A stretch of DNA of 64,000 nucleotides from a candidate division FCPU426 bacterium (GCA_040756875.1 JBFLYH010000001.1:864001-928000), one strand, 5' to 3'. Shown: positions 20,492 to 34,897, counted from the stretch's first letter. Notes: generated by a model not told the origin, from the letters alone. Numbers and translations are program-made.

Positions 20492-20596
20492 CCAGACACC
20501 TCCGCCTCAACAGCGTCCCGCTCAGATTCGGGGCGCGACCAGCTTTGAAGAGGCAGTTTAGCACAAATAATCGGTGAAAGAAAGTCTTTTTTATCC

Positions 20597-22117
20597 TCAA
20601 ACCACCTTGACCGTCACCAGCGTGATATCGTCGTGCTGTTCGGCCCCGGCCGTGAATTCCATGAGCTCGTTGACGATGATTTCGTTGATTTGCTTGGCTG
20701 AACCGTCCACTGAACGGCTGACCACTGCCGCCAGACGCTCTTCGGTGAATTCTTGTTCCTGTTTGTTCATGGCCTCGGTTACGCCGTCCGTATAAATCAG
20801 GAAGACGTCTCCCGGTTTTAAAGGAATATTCATGGCCTGCAGTTTTTTATCGAAACGGTCGCCGCTGTCAAGGCCCAGCGCGATTCCCGTGGGGTTATAC
20901 AGCTCCACTTTGCCGCCTTTGTGCCCCAGAATCATGGGGTTGTGCCCCGCGTTGGCGCAATTGATTACCTGGCGTTGCAGATCGATCAGGACATAAAACA
21001 TGGTAACGAACATTCCCCGTTTGATATCCTTAAACAGCAAGGAATTGGTCTTGGTCAGGATTTTATACGCATCCGCCAGATAAACCTGCGAACGCAAAAT
21101 GCTTCGGGTCATGACCATGCCCAGGGACCCGGGCACTCCCTTGCCCGAAACGTCGGCCACGGTCATGCCAAGCAGCTTGTCGCTTAGGCGGTGAAAATCG
21201 TAGTAATCCCCCCCCACTTCCTTGGCGGACTTGTAGAACGAGACAATTTCAAGCCCGGTGGCCACAGGATCTTCTTTCGGCAGCAACACGGCCTGGATTT
21301 TCCGGGCGGTTTCCAGTTCTTGTTCCATCTTCTCTTTTTCAATGAGGTTCTTCTGCGCGCTTTTCAAATCGCTGGTCATGCGATTGAACACGTTGGCCAG
21401 GTTGCCGATTTCATCCTGGCTTCTAACTGAAATGGAATAATCCAAATTGCCCTGGCCGATAATCATGGCACCCGCTTCCAACGCTTTGATCGGGCGAACG
21501 ATGACGCTCACTAAAATGAACGTCACCACGATTCCCGTCAAAACGAAGCCGATGGCCAGGATAATGATCTGCATCAACGCGGACTGGATTAATGCGTCGA
21601 TCAAGGATTGGGAAAGGCCGATATGAACCTCCCCCAGTTTGGCTTGATCTTGAAGCAACACCGGGACGGCAATGTTGACTGTCTTGGTGTTCTTGAATTG
21701 AAAGGGCTTCGAAATCGCCAGATTGCGGTTCCCCAGCGGTTCCACTCCCGGTGGGCGCTGGTAGGTTTTGCCGGCTTCCGAAATATTATTATGGGCCAAA
21801 ATCATCCCGTCTTCATCCACCAGCAATGCATACATCACGCCTTTATTACCCAGGGCATCTTTGACCAGAGTGGCAAGCGGCAGGATCTCGCCGCGCAAAA
21901 GCGGTTTTTCCGCATTCACCGCCATATTCTTGGCAATCGTGATACCGCGCTGCTCCATCTCGGCGCGCAAAGCTTTTTCCTCGCCCCGCAGCGCGAAATA
22001 ACTGATGGAAATGATGGTTAAGGAAAGCAAGAGCGTAATGGAAGCACCGAATTTAAACCGCAGGCCTCTTTTGGATTTGGGAATGGCGGGAGCCCGGGTG
22101 ACGCTTTCGGTTGGCAT
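20597..22117 (-). CDS. Membrane-bound PP2C/SpoIIE (RsbU-like) phosphatase with HAMP domain
   Basis: VGGDYYD, ADVSGKG, NAGHNP, YTDGVTEA, DDIT; start set at MPTESV. Confidence 0.92.
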   Translation of the reverse strand: MPTESVTRAPAIPKSKRGLRFKFGASITLLLSLTIISISYFALRGEEKALRAEMEQRGITIAKNMAVNAEKPLLRGEILPLATLVKDALGNKGVMYALLVDEDGMILAHNNISEAGKTYQRPPGVEPLGNRNLAISKPFQFKNTKTVNIAVPVLLQDQAKLGEVHIGLSQSLIDALIQSALMQIIILAIGFVLTGIVVTFILVSVIVRPIKALEAGAMIIGQGNLDYSISVRSQDEIGNLANVFNRMTSDLKSAQKNLIEKEKMEQELETARKIQAVLLPKEDPVATGLEIVSFYKSAKEVGGDYYDFHRLSDKLLGMTVADVSGKGVPGSLGMVMTRSILRSQVYLADAYKILTKTNSLLFKDIKRGMFVTMFYVLIDLQRQVINCANAGHNPMILGHKGGKVELYNPTGIALGLDSGDRFDKKLQAMNIPLKPGDVFLIYTDGVTEAMNKQEQEFTEERLAAVVSRSVDGSAKQINEIIVNELMEFTAGAEQHDDITLVTVKVV

Positions 22118-22297
22118 GGATACCTTTCCCCTACGCGGCCATAACTCCGGGCCGATCCCCGGGAAAGTTTTCCTTACAATCACCCAGGGATAAAGATGTC
22201 GGATTTCGCCTTGCCGGCCTGCATAAGCCAAACAAGCGCAGCGCACATAGAGATGGCGGTTTTCCGGGCGATTCCCCGAAAATCCGCTTTAGGATGC

Positions 22298-24268
22298 TTA
22301 CTGAGTTTTAATACCACGTTTTTCCATTTCTTTCAATTCCATTTCCGCCTTGGTGATGGAACTTTTAGCTTCTTGGTTCTCGGGATCCAGCACGAGAATT
22401 TTCCGCCAAACTTCAATGGCCCGGCGGTTTTGTCCGTCAAGGTACAAGGAAACGCCGTCGTAGTATAGTTTCTTGATTTCTTCCTTGCTGACGGTAACCT
22501 GGGCCGCCTTGCCGGTCAGATTGGTGAGGTATTCGCTGGCTTCGGCATTGTCAGGATCCAGCTTCAACACCTCGTTGAACTTCTCCTTGGCTTCCGTCGC
22601 CCTCCCGGAATTGACCAATTCCACACCGCGCGCCATGAGCGCTTTGACATTCTCGCGCAATTGGGTGCGGGTTTTATAAAGCAAATTCTTGATCCCCTGA
22701 TCGTTGGAATCCAGTTCCGCAGCCCGCTCCAGGCTGAATATCGCCTCGCGCAGCTTCCCTTGGGAAAGCAGTTCGATGCCCTTGCGATAATTCTTTTCGG
22801 TCCCCGACTTCTGCTCGTTTTGAATTTGATTGACGTATTTTTGCGCCAGCAGGTTTGACGGGTCCCGTTTCAGCGTCGTCTTGAAATCCTGAAGCGCGGC
22901 TTTCATGTTTCCATGTTTGATGCTGTCCAAAGCCAGGGCCGCCCCGATCTCCTCTTTTTCCTGTTTCTTCAATTGGACCTTGTCCAGTCCGGCGCGAGCC
23001 TGCGAATTCTTGGGATCGAGTTTCAGGGCGGCATGAAATTCGCGGTAGGCGTCCTGCTGCATATTCTGAAGCAGGAAAGTCTCGCCTTGCGCGACATGTT
23101 CTTTAATCTTGGCATCCAGTTTGACCTGGGCCGTTTGGATAAACTTATTGGCGGTTTCGTTTTTAGGATCCAGCTTCAGTACGTTGTTCCACGCTTGCAC
23201 CGCTTCCTCAAAATCGCCTTCGAAATAATCTTTGCTTCCCTTGCGCAAATAATGATCAATGGCTTTGGCGCGGACCGAACTATAGGAGCGTTTAGTCGTA
23301 CGGTCATCCGGCTGAAGTTTCAGCATCTGGCGGTAGTAATATAGCGCCTTGATATATTCGCCTTTGTCTTCATACGCAATGGCGATTTGGCGGTAGGCGT
23401 CCATGTAGTTTTTATTTAACTTCAACGCCTGTTTGAATTTCTTGATGGCAATTTCCAAATTGGCGTTTTTATAGGCGATCAGTCCCAGGCCATACTGGCT
23501 GACCGCGTCCCCGGGATTGATGCGAGAGGCTCTGGTGAAATTATCAAACGCATCCTGCATCTCCCCCTTGTACAAAGACGCGAAAGCCAGATGATTCAAC
23601 ATCGTGGCGTTTTCCGGCAAATTCCCTTTGGATTGTTGGACCAGCTTGATCACGTCGCTGTATTTTTGCTGATCCAGGTATAATTGGGCCAGACGGTCGT
23701 AGGCGGACAAAGATTTCGGATCCGCCTTGATGAGCCGCTTATAGGCGCCCACCGCTTCATCAATGCGGTTTAAGGTCGAATAGATAAAGGCGAGGTTGGT
23801 CAGGGCATCCACGTTATCCGATTGCAGACGCAGACTCTCTTGCAGGCTGTTAATCGCCTGATCCACTTTGTTCTGGTTGAAATAGACCAGACTGAGGTTG
23901 TTACGGGCATCAATATTGTTGGCGTTTATTGTCAGCGTCTTGTTGAGGTATTTTTCCGCCTCACCCAATTGACCCAAGCGCAGGTGAACGGCTCCCAGCA
24001 GAACTAAGGCTTCCTCATCTTGAGGATCGATGCTGATCACATTGGTCAGGGATTTAATCGCATCCTCATAACGCCCTTTTTGGTAGAAATACAAACCAAG
24101 ATTGAAATGAGCATTGGGGTTATTCGGCTCGGCTGCAACCGTAGCTTGAAGTTTGGACAGGGATTTATCTTCGGCTAAAGAAAAAACTGGCAAGCACAGC
24201 AGAAATCCGATCACGCACAGCCACAGACTCCTGCCCATTTTATCGGCGACTTTCTGCTTCATGAACAT
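22298..24268 (-). CDS. Exported tetratricopeptide-repeat protein
   Basis: Signal peptide followed by many TPR units ending in LxLDPxN. Confidence 0.88.
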   Translation of the reverse strand: MFMKQKVADKMGRSLWLCVIGFLLCLPVFSLAEDKSLSKLQATVAAEPNNPNAHFNLGLYFYQKGRYEDAIKSLTNVISIDPQDEEALVLLGAVHLRLGQLGEAEKYLNKTLTINANNIDARNNLSLVYFNQNKVDQAINSLQESLRLQSDNVDALTNLAFIYSTLNRIDEAVGAYKRLIKADPKSLSAYDRLAQLYLDQQKYSDVIKLVQQSKGNLPENATMLNHLAFASLYKGEMQDAFDNFTRASRINPGDAVSQYGLGLIAYKNANLEIAIKKFKQALKLNKNYMDAYRQIAIAYEDKGEYIKALYYYRQMLKLQPDDRTTKRSYSSVRAKAIDHYLRKGSKDYFEGDFEEAVQAWNNVLKLDPKNETANKFIQTAQVKLDAKIKEHVAQGETFLLQNMQQDAYREFHAALKLDPKNSQARAGLDKVQLKKQEKEEIGAALALDSIKHGNMKAALQDFKTTLKRDPSNLLAQKYVNQIQNEQKSGTEKNYRKGIELLSQGKLREAIFSLERAAELDSNDQGIKNLLYKTRTQLRENVKALMARGVELVNSGRATEAKEKFNEVLKLDPDNAEASEYLTNLTGKAAQVTVSKEEIKKLYYDGVSLYLDGQNRRAIEVWRKILVLDPENQEAKSSITKAEMELKEMEKRGIKTQ

Positions 24269-24325
24269 TAATGTGGCCTTCTTCCCAGAAAAAGTCTTGG
24301 CCTAAGTGATTTTAGTTACGGTATA

Positions 24326-24354
24326 ACTATAATTCTTTTTATGTTTTTTGTCAA
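24326..24354 (-). promoter_or_regulatory. sigma70-type promoter upstream of the TPR gene, in a very AT-rich tract
   Basis: TTGACA-N17-TATAGT on the minus strand. Confidence 0.6.
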
Positions 24355-24457
24355 ATTTTATTATGATATTTTGTAAGTTATGTCAGTTTTTTTTTGTTCC
24401 AAAATTTGTATGTTTTTTTTAATTATTTTTGTTTTTACAATTAGATTTAAAGGTTTT

Positions 24458-24533
24458 TGGTGAGCCGGGAGAGGCTCGAACTCTCGACACCCGCCTTAAA
24501 AGGGCGGTGCTCTACCTACTGAGCTACCGGCTC
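24458..24533 (-). tRNA. tRNA-Lys(UUU)
   Basis: 76-nt cloverleaf GAGCCGG..CCGGCTC-ACCA, anticodon loop CTTTTAA, GTTCGA T-loop. Confidence 0.95.
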
Positions 24534-24538
24534 ATTAT

Positions 24539-27431
<2,893 letters not shown>

Positions 27432-27501
27432 GCCCTTCCCCTCCCCATTTCCATACCCCGCCGCCGGTTCACGTCATCCCTGCCGTGCGGGGATATGATT
27501 T

Positions 27502-28650
27502 TTATCCAAACAGGACTTTTTCCGCGGCTGTCACGCCCGCGCCCAAGGTGAAGGAATATCCCTGTTCGCGCAAGGCCCGTTCCACGGCCGCAATCGTGGC
27601 GATGACGTCCCATTCATCCGCATAGCCAAGATGGCCGATGCGGAAAATAGAATCTTTCACTTTCCCCTGCCCGCCTGCCAGCGTAATGCCGTAGGTGTCA
27701 CGGATGGTTTTGAACAACTTTTTGCCGTCAACCCCGGCCGGCACCACGATGGACGTCACGGCATTGCTGGGCTGGCCGGTGCTGAAGAGTTTTAAACCCA
27801 AGGCCTGCACCGCCGCTCGTGTGGCCGCGCCCATTTTCGCGTGCCTAGCCCAGACAGCTTCCAGGCCTTCCTGTTCGATGAGCTTGACGGATTCCGCCAG
27901 CTGCAGGATCAGGGAAATCGAAGGCGTGTAGGGAGTATTGGCCAAGGCCTCTTCCGTCATGGATTTTTGGGCCTTTTCCCAGCTGAAGTAAAATTTGGGC
28001 AGCTTGGATGCCTTGGCCAGGGTCCAGGCCTTGGCGGAAATCGAGACCATAGCCAGCCCGGGCGGGATCATCAGCCCTTTTTGAGCGCCGACCACGACCA
28101 CATCCGCGTGCCATTCATCCGTTTTAAGCGGGATGGCGCCAAGTCCGGAAATGGCGTCCACCACCAGGACCGCCTGGGTTTTGGCCACGATCTTTCCGAT
28201 CGCCTCGATGTCGGATTCCACGCCCGTGGAAGTTTCGGATAAAGTGGTGTAGACGGCTTTAATGTTCTGATTCGCAGCCAGCCGTTTTTCGATTTCCTCG
28301 GGGCTGACACTGGCTCCCCACTCTACTTCGTAATGATCCGCCTCCACGCCGTAAGCTTTGGCGATGGAGGTCCAGCGGTTTCCGAAATTTCCACAGGAAG
28401 CCACCAGGATTTTATCCTGCGGGGAGCACAGATTGACCACCGCAGACTCCATGCCGCCGGTGCCTGCGGCCGGGAAAATAAGCATGTCGTTTTGGGTTTT
28501 GAACACCCGTTTCAGACCGGCGACCACCTCGGTCAACAGCTGCCGGAACGCCGGCGTCCGGTGGTGGATGATCGGTTTTGAGGCCTCCGCCAAAACGGTC
28601 GGCGGTATATCCGTGGGACCCGGGGTCATTAAACGTTTCTTGAAAAGCAT
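27502..28650 (-). CDS. Class V aminotransferase (alanine-glyoxylate family; probable phosphoserine aminotransferase role next to serA)
   Basis: LMTPGPT, VDAISG, GAQKGLMIPPG, FRIGHLG. Confidence 0.88.
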   Translation of the reverse strand: MLFKKRLMTPGPTDIPPTVLAEASKPIIHHRTPAFRQLLTEVVAGLKRVFKTQNDMLIFPAAGTGGMESAVVNLCSPQDKILVASCGNFGNRWTSIAKAYGVEADHYEVEWGASVSPEEIEKRLAANQNIKAVYTTLSETSTGVESDIEAIGKIVAKTQAVLVVDAISGLGAIPLKTDEWHADVVVVGAQKGLMIPPGLAMVSISAKAWTLAKASKLPKFYFSWEKAQKSMTEEALANTPYTPSISLILQLAESVKLIEQEGLEAVWARHAKMGAATRAAVQALGLKLFSTGQPSNAVTSIVVPAGVDGKKLFKTIRDTYGITLAGGQGKVKDSIFRIGHLGYADEWDVIATIAAVERALREQGYSFTLGAGVTAAEKVLFG

Positions 28651-28786
28651 GGCCGATGGCCTCCTTGGGCGAAGTCATTTCACGCCCGGCAAGGTGTTTT
28701 TTGCTTTTAAGACCGCGACACTCTAACATATTTGCTGCGCGGAAACAAGGGAAAGAGCTGAAAATTTAACGTGAATGCCCCGGATT

Positions 28787-31225
28787 TCAGCAGATATGCC
28801 GGCCGGGCGTCTCGGTCGGCGTCAGGGTGGGCAAAGGTTTGAGTCCGCGGGAGCGGCGAGACCGAGGCGTTGGTTTCGGCGGTTGCAGCAGGGCAATATT
28901 CAGCACCTCGGCCATGCCTTCGACCAGGTGCAAATCCAGGTTTTTTTTGACTTCCGTAGGCAAATTGGCCAGGTCTTTGGTGTTTTCCGTGGGAAGGATC
29001 ACGGTTTTAATGCCGGCCCGCATGGCAGCCAGCAGCTTTTCCTTGAGGCCGCCAATAGCCAGAATCCTCCCCCGCAGCGTGATTTCACCGGTCATGGCCA
29101 CCTGGCGTTTGACCGGGATCCCCGACAACGCTGAGATGATGGCTGTGGCAATGGCGATCCCGGCCGAAGGTCCGTCCTTGGGAATGGCGCCCTCGGGCAC
29201 ATGGATATGGATATCCGTTTTGGCGTAAAAGTCCTCGGCCAATTTCAAGTCGCGGCTGTGCGCCCGCGCGAAGGACATCGCGGCTTGGGCGGATTCTTTC
29301 ATCACTTCCCCCAGCTTTCCGGTCAGGATCAGTTGTCCCTTGCCGGGCATGAGCGTGACCTCCACCAGCAGGATCTCGCCCCCCACCTCGGTCCAGGCCA
29401 GTCCGGTGGACACGCCGACCTGGTTTTGGCGCTCGCTTTTGCGTTTCAGGAATTTCGGCGGGCCCAGAAACTTGGTCAATTGGGTTTCAGTGAGTCGCAA
29501 CCCCTTGGCCCCCAGCTTGTTTTCCACTTTCAGCCGGCTGCACTTGCGCATGACTGTCGCCAGTTCCCGGTTAAGGTTCCGCACGCCGGCTTCGGAGGTA
29601 TAACCGGTGATGATTTTTTCCAGGATTTTCCGTGGAATGGAAAGGTCCTGCCCGGTCAAACCGTGCTCTGACATCAGGCGGACGATCAGATGCTTTTCGG
29701 CGATCTGGATTTTCTCTTCCTGCGTATATCCGGGAATCTCGATCACTTCCATGCGGTCCCGCAGCGTCGGATGCAGGTGGTGCATGACGTTGGCCGTGGC
29801 GATGAACATGATCTCAGAAAGGTCGAAATTCGCATCCAGGTAATGATCGTTGAAGGCCGCGTTTTGCTCCGGATCGAGCACTTCCAACAGCGCTGCAGCC
29901 GGATCGCCGCGGAAATCAGAGCCGATTTTGTCCAATTCGTCGAGCAGCAGCAGCGGGTTCTTGCTTTTGGCGTTTTTCAGCGACTGAATGATACGGCCGG
30001 GCATGGCCCCGATGTAGGTGCGCCGGTGTCCGCGGATTTCCGCCTCGTCGCGCACGCCGCCGAGCGATATGCGCACGAAGTTGCGGTTCAGCGCGAGGGC
30101 GACGGAGCGCGCCAGGGAGGTCTTGCCCACGCCGGGAGGCCCCACCAGGCAGAGGATGGGCCCTTTATGGCCCGGCGACAGCTTCCGGACCGCCAGGTAT
30201 TCCAGAATCCGCTCCTTGACGTGTTTCAACCCGTAATGATCCCGCTCCAACTGCCGGGCCACGTTGCGTAAATCGAGTTTTTCCCGGGTACGCACGGCCC
30301 ACGGCAATGCGATCAGCCAATCCACGTAAGTGCGGATCACCGTCGCCTCGGGCGACATGGCCTGCATGCGGTCCAGACGGGACAATTCCTTAAGCGCCTT
30401 TTCCTCCACGTCCTTGGGCATGCCGGCCTTCTTGATTTTGTGGCTCAATTCGTCGATCTCGGATTCATCGTCCTTCTGGCCGAGTTCGCGACGGATGGCT
30501 TTCATCTGTTCCTGGAGATAATACTCCTTTTGGCTGTGCTCCATCTGCTTGCGGACCCGCCCCTTGATGCGCCGCTCGATTTCCAGAATTTCGATTTCAG
30601 CCAGCAGTTGGTGGGAAAGGAGTTCCAGGCGTTCGCGGATGTCCACGGCTTCGAGGAGCTTCTGCTTGTCCTCGATCTTGGACCATAGATTGGCGGCGAT
30701 GATGTCGGCCAGCCTGCCGGTTTCCTCAATGTGGTTGACCGACGAAACCACGTCGGCTGACACCTTTTTATTCAAGCGGGCGTACTGCTCGAACAATTCC
30801 ACGTTGTTTCGCATCAGGGCTTTTACCGTGGCATCGACCTCGACGGCTTCGGGCAGGTCCTCGCAGACGGCGGTCACATGCCGGTCCGCGGACTGGAACG
30901 AAGCGAAACGGATGCGCCGCTGCCCTTCCACCAGCACCTTGAGGGTGTTGTCAGGCATCCTCAAGACCTGCAGGATCTGGGCGCGCGTGCCGATGGCGAA
31001 GAGGTCCTCCGGGGAAGGATCGTCGATCTGGGCATGGCGCTGGGCGCAGAGGGCGATCATGCGGTTTTGCAACATGGCCGCTTCCAGGGCGACCACGGAT
31101 TTTTCCCGGCCCACGAACAGCGGGGTGATCATATGGGGGAAAACCACCAAATCGCGCAACGGCATGACCGGCAGCGTGGCGGAACCTGGGGTTTTGGTTT
31201 TAGCGGCGTTTTTTTCCATGCTCAT
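28787..31225 (-). CDS. lon: ATP-dependent protease La
   Basis: [29 protein letters not shown]; start MSMEK after AAGGAG. Confidence 0.97.
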   Translation of the reverse strand: MSMEKNAAKTKTPGSATLPVMPLRDLVVFPHMITPLFVGREKSVVALEAAMLQNRMIALCAQRHAQIDDPSPEDLFAIGTRAQILQVLRMPDNTLKVLVEGQRRIRFASFQSADRHVTAVCEDLPEAVEVDATVKALMRNNVELFEQYARLNKKVSADVVSSVNHIEETGRLADIIAANLWSKIEDKQKLLEAVDIRERLELLSHQLLAEIEILEIERRIKGRVRKQMEHSQKEYYLQEQMKAIRRELGQKDDESEIDELSHKIKKAGMPKDVEEKALKELSRLDRMQAMSPEATVIRTYVDWLIALPWAVRTREKLDLRNVARQLERDHYGLKHVKERILEYLAVRKLSPGHKGPILCLVGPPGVGKTSLARSVALALNRNFVRISLGGVRDEAEIRGHRRTYIGAMPGRIIQSLKNAKSKNPLLLLDELDKIGSDFRGDPAAALLEVLDPEQNAAFNDHYLDANFDLSEIMFIATANVMHHLHPTLRDRMEVIEIPGYTQEEKIQIAEKHLIVRLMSEHGLTGQDLSIPRKILEKIITGYTSEAGVRNLNRELATVMRKCSRLKVENKLGAKGLRLTETQLTKFLGPPKFLKRKSERQNQVGVSTGLAWTEVGGEILLVEVTLMPGKGQLILTGKLGEVMKESAQAAMSFARAHSRDLKLAEDFYAKTDIHIHVPEGAIPKDGPSAGIAIATAIISALSGIPVKRQVAMTGEITLRGRILAIGGLKEKLLAAMRAGIKTVILPTENTKDLANLPTEVKKNLDLHLVEGMAEVLNIALLQPPKPTPRSRRSRGLKPLPTLTPTETPGRHIC

Positions 31226-31241
31226 GACTCCGCTCCTTTCT

Positions 31242-32504
31242 TCAGGCCAGTTTTTCCCGGCGCTCCTCTGCGGCAAGGATCAGTTCCGGTTTGGCCTGGC
31301 CCCGGATGACCTCCGGCGTGATCACGCAAGCCCGCACGTCCTCCCGACCGGGAAGTTCGTACATGAGGTCGAGCATAATATCTTCGAGGACCGCGCGCAA
31401 ACCCCGGGCGCCCGTTTTTCTCGACAGGCTTTCCCTGGCCACTTCGCGTTGCGCCTCGGGGGTGATGGTGAGCTTGACGCCTTCCAGGGCGAAAAACTTC
31501 TGGTACTGTTTGACCAGCGCGTTCTTTGGTTCCGAAAGGATCTTGACCAGCGCTTCCTCGTCCAAATCGTGCAAGGCCGCGACCACGGGCAGGCGGCCGA
31601 CGAACTCCGGGATCAGCCCGAACTGGATCAAATCCTCGGGCTGCACCAGCTGGCGGAGGTCATCCGGCGTGGGCGCGTGCCCTTGCGCCGCGCTCGCGCC
31701 GAATCCGATCATCTTTTTGCGCACCCGCCGTTCCACGATCTTTTCGAGGCCGATGAACGCGCCGCCGCAGATAAACAGGATGTTCGCGGTATCCACCTTG
31801 ATGTATTCCTGGTGCGGATGCTTGCGCCCCCCTTTCGGGGGAACATTGGCGGTGGTGCCTTCGATGATTTTCAACAAAGCCTGCTGCACGCCTTCCCCGG
31901 ACACATCGCGGGTGATGGAGGGGTTTTCGCTCTTACGGCCGATCTTGTCAATTTCGTCTATGTAGACGATGCCCCGCTGGGTCGCTTCCAAATCATACCC
32001 CGCGTTTTGCAGCAGCTTGAGGATGATGTTCTCGACGTCCTCGCCCACATATCCCGCTTCCGTCAGTGTCGTGGCGTCCACGATGGCGAAAGGCACCTGC
32101 AGAATCCGCGCCAGGGTCTGGGCCAGCAGCGTCTTGCCCGTCCCCGTGGGACCGATCATCAGAATGTTGCTCTTGCCTAATTCGACCCCGTCGGCAGCCT
32201 CCAGGTTTTCCGAGCGGATGCGCTTGTAGTGATTATGGACCGCCACGGCCAGGATCCGCTTGGCGCGTTCCTGCCCGATGACATACTGGTCCAGGGCCCG
32301 CTTGATGTCCTTGGGTTTGGGCAACGCAGGAGTTCCGGCGGCCGGTGTAGAGGCGTGCTGCCGGGACAGGATGTCGTTGCAGTAGGCCACGCACTCGTCG
32401 CAGATATAGACGCCGGGCCCTTTGATCAGGCGGCGCACGTTGGCCGCGGGCTTTTCGCAAAAAGAACAGTTGACGCCGCTCTTGGGAGCGTGGGTTTTCG
32501 CCAT
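31242..32504 (-). CDS. clpX: ATP-dependent Clp protease ATP-binding subunit ClpX
   Basis: CSFC..ICDEC zinc finger, [24 protein letters not shown] loop. Confidence 0.98.
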   Translation of the reverse strand: MAKTHAPKSGVNCSFCEKPAANVRRLIKGPGVYICDECVAYCNDILSRQHASTPAAGTPALPKPKDIKRALDQYVIGQERAKRILAVAVHNHYKRIRSENLEAADGVELGKSNILMIGPTGTGKTLLAQTLARILQVPFAIVDATTLTEAGYVGEDVENIILKLLQNAGYDLEATQRGIVYIDEIDKIGRKSENPSITRDVSGEGVQQALLKIIEGTTANVPPKGGRKHPHQEYIKVDTANILFICGGAFIGLEKIVERRVRKKMIGFGASAAQGHAPTPDDLRQLVQPEDLIQFGLIPEFVGRLPVVAALHDLDEEALVKILSEPKNALVKQYQKFFALEGVKLTITPEAQREVARESLSRKTGARGLRAVLEDIMLDLMYELPGREDVRACVITPEVIRGQAKPELILAAEERREKLA

Positions 32505-32511
32505 GGCCGGA

Positions 32512-33096
32512 CTACTTCTTTTCCAGGGTCATGACCTGGTCGATCACGCCGTAAGCCAGGGCCTCGGGCGCCGAGAGAAAAAAATCGCGGTCTGTGTCCG
32601 AAACGATTTTTTCCACCGACTGGTGGGTATGGCGCGCCAGAATCTCGTTCATCATAGTGCGCACCCGCATGATCTCCTTGGCCTGGATATCGATATCCGG
32701 CATGGAACCGGAAAACCCGGCTGATCCCTGGTGCATCATGATGCGGGCGTTGGGCAGCGCGTACCGCTTGCCGGGCGCGCCCGCGGCCAGAAGCACCGCG
32801 GCCATGGAGGCTGCCTGGCCCACGCACAAGGTGGACACCGGCGACTTGATGTACTGCATGGTGTCGTAAATGGCCAGGCCCGAGGACACGATGCCGCCCG
32901 GGCTGTTGATGTACATGGAGATCTCTTTCTGTTCCTCGGATTCGAGGAACAGGAGTTGTGCGATGATCAGGTTGCTGATTTCGTCATTGATGGGCGTGCC
33001 CAGGAAGATGATGCGCTCCTTGAGCAACCGGGAATAGATATCATAAGACCTTTCCCCGCGCTGGGTTTGTTCGACGACGATCGGAATCAGTGCCAT
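32512..33096 (-). CDS. clpP: ATP-dependent Clp protease proteolytic subunit
   Basis: [27 protein letters not shown]. Confidence 0.98.
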   Translation of the reverse strand: MALIPIVVEQTQRGERSYDIYSRLLKERIIFLGTPINDEISNLIIAQLLFLESEEQKEISMYINSPGGIVSSGLAIYDTMQYIKSPVSTLCVGQAASMAAVLLAAGAPGKRYALPNARIMMHQGSAGFSGSMPDIDIQAKEIMRVRTMMNEILARHTHQSVEKIVSDTDRDFFLSAPEALAYGVIDQVMTLEKK

Positions 33097-33107
33097 GGGA
33101 CTGCCTC

Positions 33108-34385
33108 CTATTGCACTTCGTTGATTTTGGCGTTGGCGATGATGACATCCAGCGTCTTTTCGTCCCGCAGACGGTCCCGCAGGTCTTCCCAGCCCTGGTT
33201 GCGGGTCAGATAGGCGCGAATCACGTCCGCGGATTGGCGGGCACCCCGGGCCAGCCGCTCCACTTCAAGGTTGATCTCCTCCTGGGACACGGCGAGATTC
33301 TCGAGCAGCGCGATCTCGCGCAGCGCCAGGCGCGCCCGCAGTTCGAAGTCCACTGACTCGCGGTGTTTGCTCTTGAACGGCTCCTCCGGCTCCTCGGCCC
33401 GTCCGAATTGAGCCGCCCGCTGCCGGTGCTCCTGATACAGGCTCTTCAGGGAACGATCGACCAATACCTGGGGCACCTTGACCTGGGTGGTCTTGCCCAA
33501 TTCCTTCATAATGCCGTCCTGCAGCAAGAGCCGGTTCTGGCGTTCCTTTTCGGCGGTCAGGTCGGCCCGAATCCGCGTTTTCAACTCATCCAGATTCTGG
33601 AACTGGCCCATTTGCTGGGCCAAGGCATCGTCCAGTTCAGGCAGCTTTTTCTGCTGCAATCCCTTGAGGGTCAGGGTGAACTCCAGGGTTTTTCCGGCCA
33701 CGTCCGGCGCATGATAATCCGCGGGAAACGCGACCGGAAACTGTTTGGTTTCCTCGGGACGCATACCCAGGATGGCTTGTTCGAAATCCGGAAGGGTTTG
33801 ACCGCTGCCGAGTTCCACCATCTGGTTGGAGGCCTGGGCTCCGCTGATTACCTGGCCGTCCAAACGGCCGGTATACTCGACCGTGGCCAGGTCCTGGGCT
33901 TGCGCCGGCCGGTCAGCGACGGGTTCCAAAAGCGCTTGCTGCTGACGCAGCTTCTCCAGCACTTCGGCGACGTCCTGGTCCGTAACCTGGATTTTCTTTT
34001 TTTGCAATTTCAAGCCGCGATAGGCGCTGACTTTAACCGCCGGCAGGACATCCACCACCACTTGATACGCCAGGGGTTGCCCCTCGTCCAGCGTCATCTT
34101 CTCCAGGCGCGGCCGGTCGATCGGAACGGACCGGGTCTGCTCCAACGCTTCGGGATAAGAACGGGCAAACAGGTTCTCGAAAACCTCGTCGCGGATTTCC
34201 TGGACGTATTTCTTGCTGATTACGTCCTTCGGGACCTTCCCCTTGCGGAAACCCGGCAGCGACACTTGCTGCTGCAGTTTCTCCACCGCTTGCGTAAAAG
34301 CCTCGGCCACGTCCTCGGAAGGCACGGTCACGTCGAAGACGCGGGTGTTGTCCCCTTTCTGGGTCATTTCAACGGAAATCGGCAT
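33108..34385 (-). CDS. tig: Trigger factor
   Basis: PGFRKGKVP ribosome-binding motif, FKBP domain, tig-clpP-clpX-lon synteny. Confidence 0.96.
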   Translation of the reverse strand: MPISVEMTQKGDNTRVFDVTVPSEDVAEAFTQAVEKLQQQVSLPGFRKGKVPKDVISKKYVQEIRDEVFENLFARSYPEALEQTRSVPIDRPRLEKMTLDEGQPLAYQVVVDVLPAVKVSAYRGLKLQKKKIQVTDQDVAEVLEKLRQQQALLEPVADRPAQAQDLATVEYTGRLDGQVISGAQASNQMVELGSGQTLPDFEQAILGMRPEETKQFPVAFPADYHAPDVAGKTLEFTLTLKGLQQKKLPELDDALAQQMGQFQNLDELKTRIRADLTAEKERQNRLLLQDGIMKELGKTTQVKVPQVLVDRSLKSLYQEHRQRAAQFGRAEEPEEPFKSKHRESVDFELRARLALREIALLENLAVSQEEINLEVERLARGARQSADVIRAYLTRNQGWEDLRDRLRDEKTLDVIIANAKINEVQ

Positions 34386-34390
34386 ATCCT

Positions 34391-34474
34391 TGGTGCGAGG
34401 GGCGGGAGTTGAACCCGCATGCCAAAGGCACTAGATCCTAAGTCTAGCGTGTCTGCCAGTTCCACCACCCTCGC
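34391..34474 (-). tRNA. tRNA-Leu(UAG)
   Basis: 84 nt with long variable arm, anticodon loop CTTAGGA, CCA end; directly upstream of tig. Confidence 0.95.
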
Positions 34475-34557
34475 GTGACTCCTCCCTTCCAATGACTGAA
34501 ATATTTTTTGCTTCACGGCATGAAATGCGGCAACACATGGAACGCAAGCATCGGATT

Positions 34558-34820
34558 CTGCAACGCCACATTTCGGCGTTGATAATCATAATCATGAGCA
34601 GTTGAGCAGTAGACCGCAGGCGATCTTTCTGCCGTTCAACTGTTCACCTGATCGCCTGCTCTGTTTTTTTCCTGCAACGCCGCATTTCGGCGTTGATAAT
34701 CATAATCATGAGCAGTCGAGCAGTAGACCGCAGGCGATCTTTCTACTGCTCAACTGTTCACCTGATCGCCTGCTCTGTTTTTTTCCTGCAACGCCGCATT
34801 TCGGCGTTGCAGGAAAAAAA
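34558..34820. repeat. Tandem direct repeat, 114-bp unit, about 2.3 copies, highly self-complementary
   Basis: Units start at 34558, 34672 and 34786 (CTGCAACGCC.CATTTCGGCGTTG...); copies 1 and 2 differ at only a few positions. Confidence 0.95.
34778..34820. terminator. Perfect bidirectional intrinsic-terminator-like hairpin abutting the tRNA-Lys 3' end
   Basis: TTTTTTTCCTGCAACGCCG-CATTT-CGGCGTTGCAGGAAAAAAA. Confidence 0.75.
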
Positions 34821-34821
34821 C

Positions 34822-34897
34822 TGGTGGGTGCTACAGGAATCGAACCTGTGGCCCGCTGATTAAGAGTCAGCTGCTCTACCAGCTGAGCTAAGCACCC
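34822..34897 (-). tRNA. tRNA-Lys(CUU)
   Basis: 76-nt cloverleaf, anticodon loop CTCTTAA, CCA end. Confidence 0.95.

Noticed and set aside
34558-34820. Possible CRISPR array (three palindromic ~25-bp repeats)
   Set aside because: The intervening ~89-bp segments are near-identical to each other and too long, and there are no cas genes in the window.
34602-34859. 85-aa repeat-containing ORF
   Set aside because: Simply the translation of the 114-bp repeat running antisense into tRNA-Lys; no RBS.
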